Shown here piece after piece: positions 48,974 through 58,998 of a stretch of 64,000 bases of DNA (position 1 is its first letter; each line of letters begins with the position of its first letter). The notes beneath the pieces are model-generated. The model worked only from the letters and a program-made list of their open reading frames with translations, was not told the origin of the DNA and searched no databases. The DNA comes from Phycisphaeraceae bacterium (GTDB taxonomy: Bacteria; Planctomycetota; Phycisphaerae; Phycisphaerales; Phycisphaeraceae): assembly GCA_963674705.1 (NCBI GenBank), contig OY771506.1, positions 512,001 through 576,000 on the forward strand, given 5' to 3'. The translations under genes were made by a program, and so were the position numbers.

Positions 48974-49849
48974 TTACTTCCGACTGCGGAGGATGGCGAT
49001 TCCACTCACGCCAAGCAGCGCCAGACTGGCTGGCTCTGGGATGGAAGGCGAGCCTGCGGGTGTTGGAGGCGTACCCATATTCCACTCATTCAGAACGATG
49101 TCCAAGTCGTCCAGGCCGACAAATCCGTCATTGTTGATGTCGCCTAGTAGTACCGGCGGCGGCGGGACATAGGTGTCGATGTCGCCCGTGATATTGTCGA
49201 TCCAGATGTTGGTTTCAGAACCACCGGTTCGTGTGGTGTCGATCTGCAAAGTCACGCTGCGTGCGCCTGATGGGATCTGTCCATAAACACTTTCTTCGAG
49301 CCAGCCGGTAAATTCATAACCATTGTCAGCATCCAGAGCGACGCTGTACCCCGTACCCAGTTCCGCACCAGAGCCATCGGTGGATGCGAAAAAGTGTGTA
49401 GAGAAGGACCCCGTGTCACGCTGGTCGTCACTGGCATATATGAAGCTCAAATCAAGAGCCTGATCGCCGTTATCGATTAATGCGGCAAACGAGGAAATGT
49501 CTACTGTTTGAACCAAGATGCCATCGGTTGGCTGGTCTATGGCACCAGCTGATGTACGTGCGGTGGTGAGAATGTAGTCACCCAGCCCAGGTGCCGGTGC
49601 GGTTGCAGCTTCGTCGAGAGTCGGATTACCACTTTCATCAATGATACCCGTATAGAAGCCCGGGGGTAGACCACCCGCGTCGGCGACGCTCAGGTCTGTC
49701 CATCCACTGGGCGGCGCAACGTCATCCGCACCGTCGAGCTCGAAGTCACCGTTGATGATGTTGATAGGCGCTGCGATTGCGGGGGCAGCCAACAACATCG
49801 AAAACACCCCACTTGCCAAGAGTGCTGGGTATGAATGCGTGCGTAACAT
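48974..49849 (-). CDS. Secreted PEP-CTERM protein with dockerin-like repeat
   Basis: Signal peptide, INGDFE...WIDNI beta-sandwich-like domain, GDINNDGFVGLDDL and IPEPASLALL. Confidence 0.85.
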   Translation of the reverse strand: MLRTHSYPALLASGVFSMLLAAPAIAAPINIINGDFELDGADDVAPPSGWTDLSVADAGGLPPGFYTGIIDESGNPTLDEAATAPAPGLGDYILTTARTSAGAIDQPTDGILVQTVDISSFAALIDNGDQALDLSFIYASDDQRDTGSFSTHFFASTDGSGAELGTGYSVALDADNGYEFTGWLEESVYGQIPSGARSVTLQIDTTRTGGSETNIWIDNITGDIDTYVPPPPVLLGDINNDGFVGLDDLDIVLNEWNMGTPPTPAGSPSIPEPASLALLGVSGIAILRSRK

Positions 49850-50012
49850 GAATAAGCCTCCATTTTTGTGAAGAAAGTGAAAACAAAATGAGTCGAAAAC
49901 TTAAAGACCTGATACATACTGAGAATGTGCTCAATAACTCATACGTGAGTCTGATCGCCACAGGAGGTGTCCTCCACACCACCTGCAAATTCAATCATAG
50001 ATAGCACCCGGC

Positions 50013-50058
50013 TTCGCACAAGAGTTCATGTGCGAACCGAAAGGTGGTGAAATGCGAA
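50013..50058 (-). promoter_or_regulatory. Putative XylR-type operator, copy 1
   Basis: TTCGCACA-N8-TGTGCGAA (50013-50036) plus a third TGCGAA box at 50053-50058; TATGAT lies 13 nt downstream on the minus strand. Confidence 0.7.
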
Positions 50059-50201
50059 GTGGTTTGCCGCAGAGTTGAACCTATTAGCTATCACGTGGAT
50101 ATCACCATCCATGCCTGCATCGCTGCTATATTCTGCCACCGGATCATCGCTTGCCAAAGTGACGTAGCTTGATATGACGATGTACTATTGCAAAATGAAA
50201 T

Positions 50202-50231
50202 AACGTGTGCATGTTTTCACACACACACGTT
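50202..50231 (-). terminator. Possible terminator hairpin
   Basis: AACGTGTG...CACACGTT inverted repeat just after the stop at 50246, followed by a T-rich stretch on the minus strand. Confidence 0.45.
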
Positions 50232-50245
50232 CGGTGTTGGGAGGG

Positions 50246-50983
50246 TTACGCCTGATTCCGACGGGTAAGCAGTGTTGCGCCGCCAAGACCTAACAAGGCC
50301 AAGCTTGCAGGCTCGGGGATGGTATTGATGTCGCCGGTAATGTTGTCGATCCAGACATTGGTTTCCGAACCGCCTGTCCGAGTTGTATCGATCTGAAGTG
50401 TGACGCTACGCGCACCAATGGGTACCAATCCGCCTGCGGTCTCTTCAAACCATCCGGTAAAAGCGTAGCCGTTATCTGCATCCAGGTTAACAAGATATCC
50501 AGCACCCAGTTCTGCTCCGGAGCCGTCAGTCGACCCGAAGAAGTGTAGCGAGAAAACGCCTGTGTCACGGCCGTCATTGCTTGAGTAGATGAAGTCAACA
50601 TTCAGGACCTGGTCACCGGCATCGATCGCGGCGCCGAATGCGGAAAGGTCCACTGTTTGAGTTAGCTGAGCATCGACCGGCTGACTTCCCACGCCCGCTG
50701 AAGTACGCGCGGTTGTCAGGATGTAGCTACCAAGCCCCGGGGCCGGGGCCAGTGCTCCCTCTGCGGCAGTCGGATTACCACTCTCATCGAGGACGCCAGT
50801 CCAGAATGAAGCGGAAGCGCTGTTATCTGTCCAGCCAGATGGTGGCGCCACGTTGTCTGCCGCGTCGGCCTCGAAGTCACCGTTAACGATGCCAATTGAA
50901 GCACCTTGTACAGGGTTGGCTGATAGCGTGGCGGCAAGAACGACAGAACTAATAAACGATGGCCGTTGAAGATACTTTCTCAT
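50246..50983 (-). CDS. Secreted PEP-CTERM protein, paralog of 48974-49849
   Basis: Shares NGDFE, VAPPSGWTD, YILTTARTSAG and ARSVTLQIDTTRTGGSETN with the neighbouring gene; IPEPAS tail; GGAGGG RBS before ATG 50983. Confidence 0.85.
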   Translation of the reverse strand: MRKYLQRPSFISSVVLAATLSANPVQGASIGIVNGDFEADAADNVAPPSGWTDNSASASFWTGVLDESGNPTAAEGALAPAPGLGSYILTTARTSAGVGSQPVDAQLTQTVDLSAFGAAIDAGDQVLNVDFIYSSNDGRDTGVFSLHFFGSTDGSGAELGAGYLVNLDADNGYAFTGWFEETAGGLVPIGARSVTLQIDTTRTGGSETNVWIDNITGDINTIPEPASLALLGLGGATLLTRRNQA

Positions 50984-51131
50984 GTTTCCCTCCATATCGT
51001 GAAAAGTAATAACTGAAGACAGGTAATCAACTGAACATACGCGGCTGTGGTCTGCACTGAGAACGCGCGACACAAATTACACTCGGTGGAGCAATACACA
51101 CCTTGTAGTAAGAATGTAAAACAAAAGCGGT

Positions 51132-51177
51132 TTCGCACAAGGGCCCATTTGCGAACATGGCAGCCCCTAAAGACGAA
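51132..51177 (-). promoter_or_regulatory. Putative XylR-type operator, copy 2
   Basis: TTCGCACA-N8-TTTGCGAA (51132-51155) plus a partial box GACGAA at 51172-51177; TACATT lies 13 nt downstream on the minus strand. Confidence 0.65.
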
Positions 51178-51233
51178 GTGCCGGAAGGCTCTGTACCGAT
51201 ATCAGTGTTAGAGTGTGATAAGCCTGAATCCGG

Positions 51234-52409
51234 TTATTTGGGATTCTGATCAGTATCCGCCAGAAGTTGTTTGCGGTAGGCGCTGGGCGTCTGGTCAGTA
51301 AACTTCACAAATATTTTGCGTAAATGTCCGCTGTCACGTAAGCCGCATGACTTAGCAATTTGGTGAATTGAAGTGTTCTTGTTGCCCAACATCTGCCGGG
51401 CGTGTTCGACCTTCAGCGCACAAATAAATTCATAGGGTGTTTGGTGGGTAGCTGCTTTTACACACTGTTCTAGCCGGCGTCTAGTAATACCCAGGTATCG
51501 AGCGAGTTCCTCGGCCCCGAAGGCTTCGTGTATATGTTCTCTGACGAATCGATACGCTCTTGTAACGTGTGGGTTGCTGAAAATTCCGATATCTGTTGAT
51601 TCTCCACAGACGATCTCGCCCGGTTGGACAACCGTATCAATCGGTATATCCATGCCGTTCATTAAAGCGTCAAGTACCTCTGCTGCCTTGTACCCGATCT
51701 GCGTACGATTGCATGGGATGCTTGTGAGAGTGGGCGAAGCGAATCTACACATCACTTCGTTGTTATCCACACCGACGATTGCGACTTCATCGGGTACTTT
51801 GAAGCCTAATTCCATGCAGGTATCAGCAACAATGCGTGCTCGTGCGTCGTTGGCTGCAAAGAGGCCCAAGGGCTTTGGCATCCGCCTGAGCCAGTTGCGT
51901 AATTCATCACTAACATCACACAGGATAAACTTATCCTGCAGGTTGGTGTCAGACATCAGCACTTCACAGACATGGGGAGCGATCACCTCGGAGAATCCAC
52001 GTAGGCGCTCTTCGGCATAGGGGGTGTCAATGATGCCATAGAACGCAAAATGCTCGAACCCACATGAGCGCAGATGCTCACCAGCGTACAATCCAATCTT
52101 CCAGTGATCCGCCCGCACGTAATGGATGCCTGCCTGTGGCGGTGCAATGCTCATCGAGACCAGAGGCATCCGAAGACGACGCGCCTGTTTGAGATCATCT
52201 TGCGATAAAATAACGCCAATCGCCCCCTCACCCTTCCAGTTCTGTAGAGATTTGAAGCTGATATTTGTGGCTTCAGTATTGACGATGAGGGACCAATTGG
52301 TGTGTGTACGTACATACTCTTTGATGCCCTGTAGGGTCCGATGCAGGTGTGCCAGACCGGCGGGGAACGCCAAGGCAACACGAGGATTTGTATGCTTAGG
52401 TGAACGCAT
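51234..52409 (-). CDS. XylR-type transcriptional regulator (periplasmic-binding-protein-like domain + AraC HTH)
   Basis: PKPLGLFAANDARA, VPDEVAIVGVDN and STD, with C-terminal AraC HTH (IAKSCG...F...TPSAYR). Confidence 0.92.
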   Translation of the reverse strand: MRSPKHTNPRVALAFPAGLAHLHRTLQGIKEYVRTHTNWSLIVNTEATNISFKSLQNWKGEGAIGVILSQDDLKQARRLRMPLVSMSIAPPQAGIHYVRADHWKIGLYAGEHLRSCGFEHFAFYGIIDTPYAEERLRGFSEVIAPHVCEVLMSDTNLQDKFILCDVSDELRNWLRRMPKPLGLFAANDARARIVADTCMELGFKVPDEVAIVGVDNNEVMCRFASPTLTSIPCNRTQIGYKAAEVLDALMNGMDIPIDTVVQPGEIVCGESTDIGIFSNPHVTRAYRFVREHIHEAFGAEELARYLGITRRRLEQCVKAATHQTPYEFICALKVEHARQMLGNKNTSIHQIAKSCGLRDSGHLRKIFVKFTDQTPSAYRKQLLADTDQNPK

Positions 52410-52488
52410 GCAAATGTGCTCTATTGATTGATTATGACATCAGTGAGCCGGTCTTTGTTGCCTCAAAGTGAATTGGCCTCTTGGCCGT

Positions 52489-52534
52489 TTCGCAATTTAC
52501 ACCATCCCTGTTCGCACATAGCTACTAAAGCGAA
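52489..52534 (+). promoter_or_regulatory. Putative XylR-type operator, copy 3
   Basis: TTCGCA (52489) then TTCGCACA-N8-AAAGCGAA (52511-52534); TACCAT 14 nt downstream, ahead of the SDR-uxuA operon. Confidence 0.7.
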
Positions 52535-52614
52535 GCGACTTTATCAACTACCATGTCATTCGACAAGCAGAACTCCGTGCATTGAAGATTTTTTGTGTGA
52601 TAGATCGTAGTCCC

Positions 52615-53463
52615 ATGAACTTTAAAGCTGAAACTGATAGCCGGAAAAGATCGCTGGCATCCATTTTGCCTTCTCCGATCATCGCGGATGTGCCAGATTC
52701 TGGCGCAGTCGATCCGTTCCGACTTGAGAACCAAGTTGCCGTGGTGACAGGTGGTGGTACAGGACTTGGGTACGCGATCGCAGAATCGATCACCAATCTG
52801 GGGGGGCAAGTTGCTATTGTCGGTCGGCGTGAAGACGTGTTATACAACGCTTCCGATAGGCTAGGTAAGTCGGCGGTGTCAATAGTTGCCGATGTAACCA
52901 CCGGGGATGCGCAACAATCATTGTATGAACAGGTTGCGGAACACTTTGGCCCCCCAACGATCCTCGTGAATAATGCGGGCATCCACCTGAAACGCCCGGC
53001 TACTGAGACCCGCAACTGCGAGTTTTCTGAAGTATTGGAAACACATGCCACTGCGGCTTTTGCTTTGTCACGTGAGTTCGGTCGGCATATGGCAGCAGCG
53101 GGTTCGGGTTCTATCCTGTTCATCGCATCAATGGCTGCAGTGTTTGGCATACCGCAAGTGACCGCCTACTCAGCGGCCAAGTCTGCTCAACTGGGACTTG
53201 TCCGATCGTTGGCAGTAGAGCTTTCTCCACATGGTGTTCGCGTCAATGCTATCGCACCAGGGTGGATCGAAACCCCCATGTCTCGAAAAGCATTTGAAGG
53301 CGATCCCGATCGAAAGAGGCGCATTATTGACCGTACGCCTATGCGACGTCTTGGTTGCCCTGAAGAGGTCGGGCGTGTGGCGGCATTTCTCTGTTCTCCG
53401 GCCGCCAGTTTCATTTCCGGGGCTGTCCTTCATGTCGATGGTGGCGTCAGTATTGGATTCTAG
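52615..53463 (+). CDS. SDR oxidoreductase (gluconate 5-dehydrogenase / mannonate oxidoreductase-like)
   Basis: TGGGTGLG, NNAG, YSAAK and NAIAPGW; directly upstream of uxuA; start uncertain. Confidence 0.85.
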   Translation: MNFKAETDSRKRSLASILPSPIIADVPDSGAVDPFRLENQVAVVTGGGTGLGYAIAESITNLGGQVAIVGRREDVLYNASDRLGKSAVSIVADVTTGDAQQSLYEQVAEHFGPPTILVNNAGIHLKRPATETRNCEFSEVLETHATAAFALSREFGRHMAAAGSGSILFIASMAAVFGIPQVTAYSAAKSAQLGLVRSLAVELSPHGVRVNAIAPGWIETPMSRKAFEGDPDRKRRIIDRTPMRRLGCPEEVGRVAAFLCSPAASFISGAVLHVDGGVSIGF

Positions 53464-53495
53464 GCCCAATTCACTCCTTGGAGTTAGTTGACATC

Positions 53496-54554
53496 ATGAA
53501 AGTCGGCCTTGGCCTTTACCGCCGAATGCTCAACGACAGTAACTTCCAGTTTGCGCGTCAAGCGGGTTGCACACATATTGTTGCGCATCTAGTGGACTAC
53601 TTCCGTGAAGGGCGTGTACACAGCAGCGGCAGCAACCAGAATTGGGGCCACGCCGGTGATCCGAACCATCTCTGGACGCTAGAAGAGCTTGGCGATCTGA
53701 AACGCACAATCAACAAACACGGCCTTGAGTTGGCGGCCGTAGAAAACTTTGATCCGGCTCATTGGTATGACGTCTTGCTTGCAGGGCCAAGGCGAAGTCA
53801 GCAGCTTGAAGGGCTCAAGACCCTCATCCACCGGCTGGGGCAGGTCGGTATCCCCGTGATGGGTTATAACTTCAGCATCGCGGGTGTGTGGGCGCATCAG
53901 GAACTGCCTTGTGCGCGCGGCGGGGCGATGGCAGTTGGTTTTGATAATCCTGACAAGCAACCAGCCATCCCAAACGGAGATGTCTGGAACATGACATACG
54001 ATCCGAATGCTCCGGCAGGTAATATCGGTGCGGTAAGTGCAGAACAGCTATGGGAACGCCTGGGCGTATTCCTTGAAACGATCGTTCCCGTCGCAGAGCA
54101 AGCGGGTGTACGTCTTGCGGCACACCCGGATGACCCGCCCATGCCGACGCTGCGCAATACCGCACGGCTTGTGCACCAACCCGGACTGTACGATCGGCTC
54201 CTTGATATCGTACCAAGCCACGCAAACGCCTTGGAGTTCTGTATCGGGTCACTTGCTGAAATGACTGAAGGCGATGTCTATGAAGCGACCACGCATTACA
54301 CGAAACGCAACGCGATCGCTTACGTGCACCTGCGAAATGTAAGAGGTAAGGTCCCCAGTTATCGTGAAGTTTTTATCGATGAAGGTGACGTCGACATACT
54401 CCATATTCTCAAGTTGCTTCACGACAGCAATTACGACGGGGTGATCATCCCCGATCATACACCACAGATGGCCTGCGATGCACCTTGGCATGCGGGTATG
54501 GCCCATGCGATCGGTTATATTCGTGCCGGCATCCAGGCGGTGCAAGGCTCATAG
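53496..54554 (+). CDS. uxuA: Mannonate dehydratase
   Basis: MGYNFS, ARGGA, LAAHPDDPP, FCIGS, VHLRNV, FIDEGDVD, IPDHTP and HAIGYI. Confidence 0.9.
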   Translation: MKVGLGLYRRMLNDSNFQFARQAGCTHIVAHLVDYFREGRVHSSGSNQNWGHAGDPNHLWTLEELGDLKRTINKHGLELAAVENFDPAHWYDVLLAGPRRSQQLEGLKTLIHRLGQVGIPVMGYNFSIAGVWAHQELPCARGGAMAVGFDNPDKQPAIPNGDVWNMTYDPNAPAGNIGAVSAEQLWERLGVFLETIVPVAEQAGVRLAAHPDDPPMPTLRNTARLVHQPGLYDRLLDIVPSHANALEFCIGSLAEMTEGDVYEATTHYTKRNAIAYVHLRNVRGKVPSYREVFIDEGDVDILHILKLLHDSNYDGVIIPDHTPQMACDAPWHAGMAHAIGYIRAGIQAVQGS

Positions 54555-54575
54555 TTCTGGATCAAGGATTACTTC

Positions 54576-57500
54576 ATGCGATTGATATTGACAGCCTTTT
54601 GCTTACTACTGCTCGCGGTCACCACCACGAGCAGCCATGCTCTAGAAATTTCAAATTCTGCCCATTCCAGCGCATTTCCACTCGTTGACAAGGATGTAGC
54701 CGCCACGTTATTGGTAGATCCAGACGAACCGGATGTTGTTAAAGAAGTCGCGGCGATAGCATTTGCTCAGGATGTACAACGCGTAACTGGCATCAAGCCT
54801 CAACTTCAACTTGTCAACGCCTGGAACATCAGCCGACCAACTGTCATCATCGGAACGCTCGGGCACAGCGACCTCATCAAGAAATTCGTCGATGAAGGTG
54901 CATTGGATGTTTCCGACCTGCAAGGGCAATGGGAATCATTCAAGCTGGCACAGATCCACAGCGACGATACCCCTGGGGCTGACGTGCTCGTCATCGTCGG
55001 CAGTGATCGACGCGGCACCGCCTACGGCGTCTTCGAACTCAGCCGTGCGATCGGTGTCTCGCCCTGGTATTGGTGGGCGGATGTACCGGTAAAACAGCAC
55101 GAGCAACTACATATAACCACCGATGGGCATCGCATCGGACCGCCGACCGTCAAGTACCGCGGCATCTTCCTGAACGATGAAGACTGGGGCCTGCAGCCCT
55201 GGGCCGCCAAGACGTATGAACCTGAAACAGGTGACATCGGTCCCAAAACCTACGCCGCCATTTTCGAACTCTTGTTGCGCTTGAAAGCGAACTATATCTG
55301 GCCCGCCATGCACCCTTCCACAAGGGCGTTCAATTACTACTCCGACAACAAAATTGTCGCCGACCGCTACGCCATCATCATGGGGTCCAGTCATGCCGAA
55401 CCGATGTTGCGTAATAACGTGGATGAATGGGCGCGGGATGGCTCAGGTGATTGGAACTACGTCACCAACCGCGAGGCTGTGCTGAAGTACTGGGATGAAC
55501 GGGTCAGGCAGAACGGACAATACGAGAATATCTACACCATCGGCATGCGCGGCATTCATGACAGCAGCATGGTGGGCGGCGGCAGCATACAGGATAGAGT
55601 CAATCGGATGCATGATATCTTCGCCCAACAGCGGAAGATGCTGCAACGCCACATCGGCAAGCCCGCCGAACAGATCCCGCAGGTGTTCGTGCCCTACAAG
55701 GAAGTACTCGCGATTTACAATGCGGGGCTTGAGGTCCCCCAGGATGTCATCATGGGTTGGGTCGATGATAACTTCGGCTACATCCGCAAGCTTTCCAATG
55801 CCGAGGAGCGCAAGCGTTCCGGCGGCGCGGGTGTGTATTATCACATTTCGTACTGGGGGCAGCCCCACGATTACCTATGGATCGAATCCACCCCACCCGG
55901 GCTTATCTGGGAGGAGATGACAAAAGCACGAGAGTATGGTGCCGACCGGCTCTGGGTTAACAATGTTGGTGACATCAAGCCTTGCGAACTGGGTATGGAC
56001 TGGTTCTTGCGCCTGGCATGGGATACCGACCGATACGGCCCCACCGATGCGCATCGCGGTCTCGTCGATTTCTTCCGAGAGAGCTTTGGTGATGAGCACG
56101 CCGAAGCGATGGCCGATGTTATGACCGAGTACTACCAACTTAACCACCCCCGCAAACCCGAGTTCATGGGCTGGAGCACTGTGTACCCGACGACGGGTGT
56201 GCGGGATAGCGATTTATCACACTGGGCGCACGGCGACGAGGCTCAGCGACGAGTTGATGCCTTCGACGCGTTGCAGGCGCGTGCCGAAGCCATCGGCGAG
56301 CAATTACCTGAGATTTACCACGATGCCTACTTCGAGTTGGTCATCTACCCCGTGCAAGGTGCGGCGGACATGAACCGTAAACATATCTACGCCGAAAAGA
56401 GCCGGTTCCTGGCACAACACAACTGGCCCGCCGCCAACGAATATGCACAGTTATCACATGAAGCCAACGAACGTATTAAGCAGAGCACACGCCGGTACAA
56501 CGAAGAGCTTGCTGGTGGGAAGTGGCGTGGGATGATGTCGATGGACCCGCGTGGCTTAGCCGTGTTCCAGATGCCGCCTGTAGGCACGGTGAAAACGACC
56601 AGTACACCGGGTTTGGCTGTCCGTGTGGAAGGCAAGAGCATCCCCGCAGTGGCAACTAATTCCGAGCCATCTACTTCCGATAGGGTGCCCCAGCCGGTGC
56701 GCCTCGACGCCGGGAAAGCCAAAATCAACGGCAAGTTGGAACGTGTTGATACACCCAAAGGACCGGCCATCACCTTGGCCGATGACGGAACCGACCGTGT
56801 ACAGCAGGCCAATGGGCCCTCTCGTGCCGCGTTCAACTTCAAAGTCGCCACCGCTGGCAAGTACACGCTCAGGCTTGAAGTCATGCACCTCAACGACAAC
56901 GCCGATTCCTGGCACATTGCGATCGATCACAACGAGCCGATTACCTGGAACGACAACCAAACCGGAGAGGCATGGCAATGGTTCGACGTCACCGAAGCCA
57001 CCATGTCGGCAGGCAGCCACCAAGTGACCGTGATCGCACGCGAGGACGGGGCACAGTTGCGAGCCATCGCGCTGGTACCCGCAAATACCCCTGCCGCCCT
57101 GGCCGATCTGGCGCTGACCGACCAGCCTAACCAGTTACCTGTACTCAACCGCTACACCCAACGAGAAGCTTTCATTGATCTCTACAACACCGGTAACGGA
57201 TCGGCCCGTTGGAAAGCCGAAGCAAGCGAATCGTGGGTAGAGTTAACCCAGAGCGAAGGCGATGTCGAAACACATCAACGCATCCGCGTGGCGGTAGACT
57301 TCGGCCGGGCACCTAGACAGGACCACCTTACCGCCACGATTGTATTGCATGGCCCCAATTCGCACTACCGGTTAAAGTTGCCCATCGAGAATCCTGATGT
57401 CGACATCATGCCGGGCACGTTCATCCGTGAAAACAACGTGGTGTCCATTGATGCCGAACATTTTCAAGACAACGTACCAGGCGCTGGTAACATTACATGG

Positions 57501-57968
57501 CGCATCATCGATGGTGTGGGCTACTCGGGGGTCTGTGTGGGCTTGTTCCCCCGTTTGGTGCCCGAAGAAGTCAAACTCGTGGCTGGCACGAATGCGCCGA
57601 CGATTACCTACCCCCTTTATCTGTCCGAAGGCGGTTCAGCCACGGTTACCCTGCAGGCCTTGCCTACACACGAGATCACTGAGGACCATAGCCTGGTCTG
57701 CGCGATATCGATCGACGATGGCCAACCACAGATGCTATCCTTCAAGCATGGCAACCATGAGCGTGACGGTGTGTGGAAACACAATATCCTGCGCAATGCC
57801 ATGACAGCGTCAACGACTGTACTTATACCCAAAGGTACGCATACTCTGACAATCTATGGCATTGACCCCAGCATCGTCTTGGATCGTATTTCGATTACAT
57901 TTGGTAACGCTGCGCCAGCCTATCAAGGACCGCGCGAAACTCGTGTATCAACACCGACTCAATCCTGA
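54576..57968 (+). CDS. Secreted GH115 alpha-glucuronidase
   Basis: GSDRRGTAYG, GVSPWYWWAD, VKYRGIFLNDE, LLLRLKANYIWPAMH, MGSSHAEP, GMRGIHD, DDNFGY and NVGDIKP. Confidence 0.93.
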   Translation: MRLILTAFCLLLLAVTTTSSHALEISNSAHSSAFPLVDKDVAATLLVDPDEPDVVKEVAAIAFAQDVQRVTGIKPQLQLVNAWNISRPTVIIGTLGHSDLIKKFVDEGALDVSDLQGQWESFKLAQIHSDDTPGADVLVIVGSDRRGTAYGVFELSRAIGVSPWYWWADVPVKQHEQLHITTDGHRIGPPTVKYRGIFLNDEDWGLQPWAAKTYEPETGDIGPKTYAAIFELLLRLKANYIWPAMHPSTRAFNYYSDNKIVADRYAIIMGSSHAEPMLRNNVDEWARDGSGDWNYVTNREAVLKYWDERVRQNGQYENIYTIGMRGIHDSSMVGGGSIQDRVNRMHDIFAQQRKMLQRHIGKPAEQIPQVFVPYKEVLAIYNAGLEVPQDVIMGWVDDNFGYIRKLSNAEERKRSGGAGVYYHISYWGQPHDYLWIESTPPGLIWEEMTKAREYGADRLWVNNVGDIKPCELGMDWFLRLAWDTDRYGPTDAHRGLVDFFRESFGDEHAEAMADVMTEYYQLNHPRKPEFMGWSTVYPTTGVRDSDLSHWAHGDEAQRRVDAFDALQARAEAIGEQLPEIYHDAYFELVIYPVQGAADMNRKHIYAEKSRFLAQHNWPAANEYAQLSHEANERIKQSTRRYNEELAGGKWRGMMSMDPRGLAVFQMPPVGTVKTTSTPGLAVRVEGKSIPAVATNSEPSTSDRVPQPVRLDAGKAKINGKLERVDTPKGPAITLADDGTDRVQQANGPSRAAFNFKVATAGKYTLRLEVMHLNDNADSWHIAIDHNEPITWNDNQTGEAWQWFDVTEATMSAGSHQVTVIAREDGAQLRAIALVPANTPAALADLALTDQPNQLPVLNRYTQREAFIDLYNTGNGSARWKAEASESWVELTQSEGDVETHQRIRVAVDFGRAPRQDHLTATIVLHGPNSHYRLKLPIENPDVDIMPGTFIRENNVVSIDAEHFQDNVPGAGNITWRIIDGVGYSGVCVGLFPRLVPEEVKLVAGTNAPTITYPLYLSEGGSATVTLQALPTHEITEDHSLVCAISIDDGQPQMLSFKHGNHERDGVWKHNILRNAMTASTTVLIPKGTHTLTIYGIDPSIVLDRISITFGNAAPAYQGPRETRVSTPTQS

Positions 57969-57987
57969 GATTACACCGAGAACCGTC

Positions 57988-58998
57988 ATGGATAAAAAGT
58001 CGGTCTCATTCCTGTTCGTTGGTTTACTGTGTGGAACATTGGCAGCGTCGATTGGGTTTGCCTTCGGTCTATCACGTAGCGGTCAATCTGAGCACCACAC
58101 CGTGTTACGCTTGGCACACGCGCTTCCCGAAACACATCCGGTTCACGCAGGCATCCTGCATATGAAGGAACGCCTCACAGAATTATCTGGCGGATCGGTC
58201 GAGTTAAAAATTATCCCGAATGGCTTGCTCGGAAACGAGACCGCCTGCCTCGAGCAGGTCCAGAAGGGAACACTGGATATTACCAAGATCTCCACCGCAC
58301 CAATGGAGGCCTTCGTCCCAGCGATGCAGGTGTTCGGCCTACCCTACATTTTCCGTGATCACGACCACTACTGGAGAACATTAGACGGCCGGATCGGACA
58401 GGAACTCCTCTTAGCCGGCCAAGACAAGGGCCTGCGCGGCCTCTGCTACTTTGACGCCGGCACACGCAACTTCTACACCACAACCAAGCCCGTCCTGTCC
58501 CCAGACGATTTAGTTGGTATGAAAATCCGTGTCCAACGGAGCGACGTCGCGATGCAGATGATCAGTACACTTGGCGGCTCGCCAACACCGATCCCGTGGA
58601 ATGAGTTGTATACCGCACTTCAACAGGGCATGGTCGATGGCGCAGAGAATAACCCACCTAGCTACATTCAAAGCCACCATTATGAGGTCGCCAAGCACTT
58701 CGTTTTTAACAAACACACCCGCGTGCCGGACATCCTGGTGATCAACGCCGAGAGGTACGAGGCCTTACCGACCGAGGTTCAGACATGGCTTACCCAGGCC
58801 GCACAGGAAGCCAGTGTATTCCAACGAAATCTCTGGAAGACAAAGTCCAAGGAGGCCATCGAATTCGCAGAAAGTCAGGGCGTTGCAATCTACACGCCGG
58901 ACTTGGACCCATTCATCGAGAAGGTCACCCCGATGTATGACGCGATAGAAAACGAATCCGTGAAGATCACACTCGAGCGCATACGAGGTGTCGAATAG
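57988..58998 (+). CDS. dctP: TRAP transporter substrate-binding protein
   Basis: LRLAH, DAGTRNFY, GMKIRVQ and ELYTALQQGMVDGAENN. Start at ATG 57988. Confidence 0.92.
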   Translation: MDKKSVSFLFVGLLCGTLAASIGFAFGLSRSGQSEHHTVLRLAHALPETHPVHAGILHMKERLTELSGGSVELKIIPNGLLGNETACLEQVQKGTLDITKISTAPMEAFVPAMQVFGLPYIFRDHDHYWRTLDGRIGQELLLAGQDKGLRGLCYFDAGTRNFYTTTKPVLSPDDLVGMKIRVQRSDVAMQMISTLGGSPTPIPWNELYTALQQGMVDGAENNPPSYIQSHHYEVAKHFVFNKHTRVPDILVINAERYEALPTEVQTWLTQAAQEASVFQRNLWKTKSKEAIEFAESQGVAIYTPDLDPFIEKVTPMYDAIENESVKITLERIRGVE

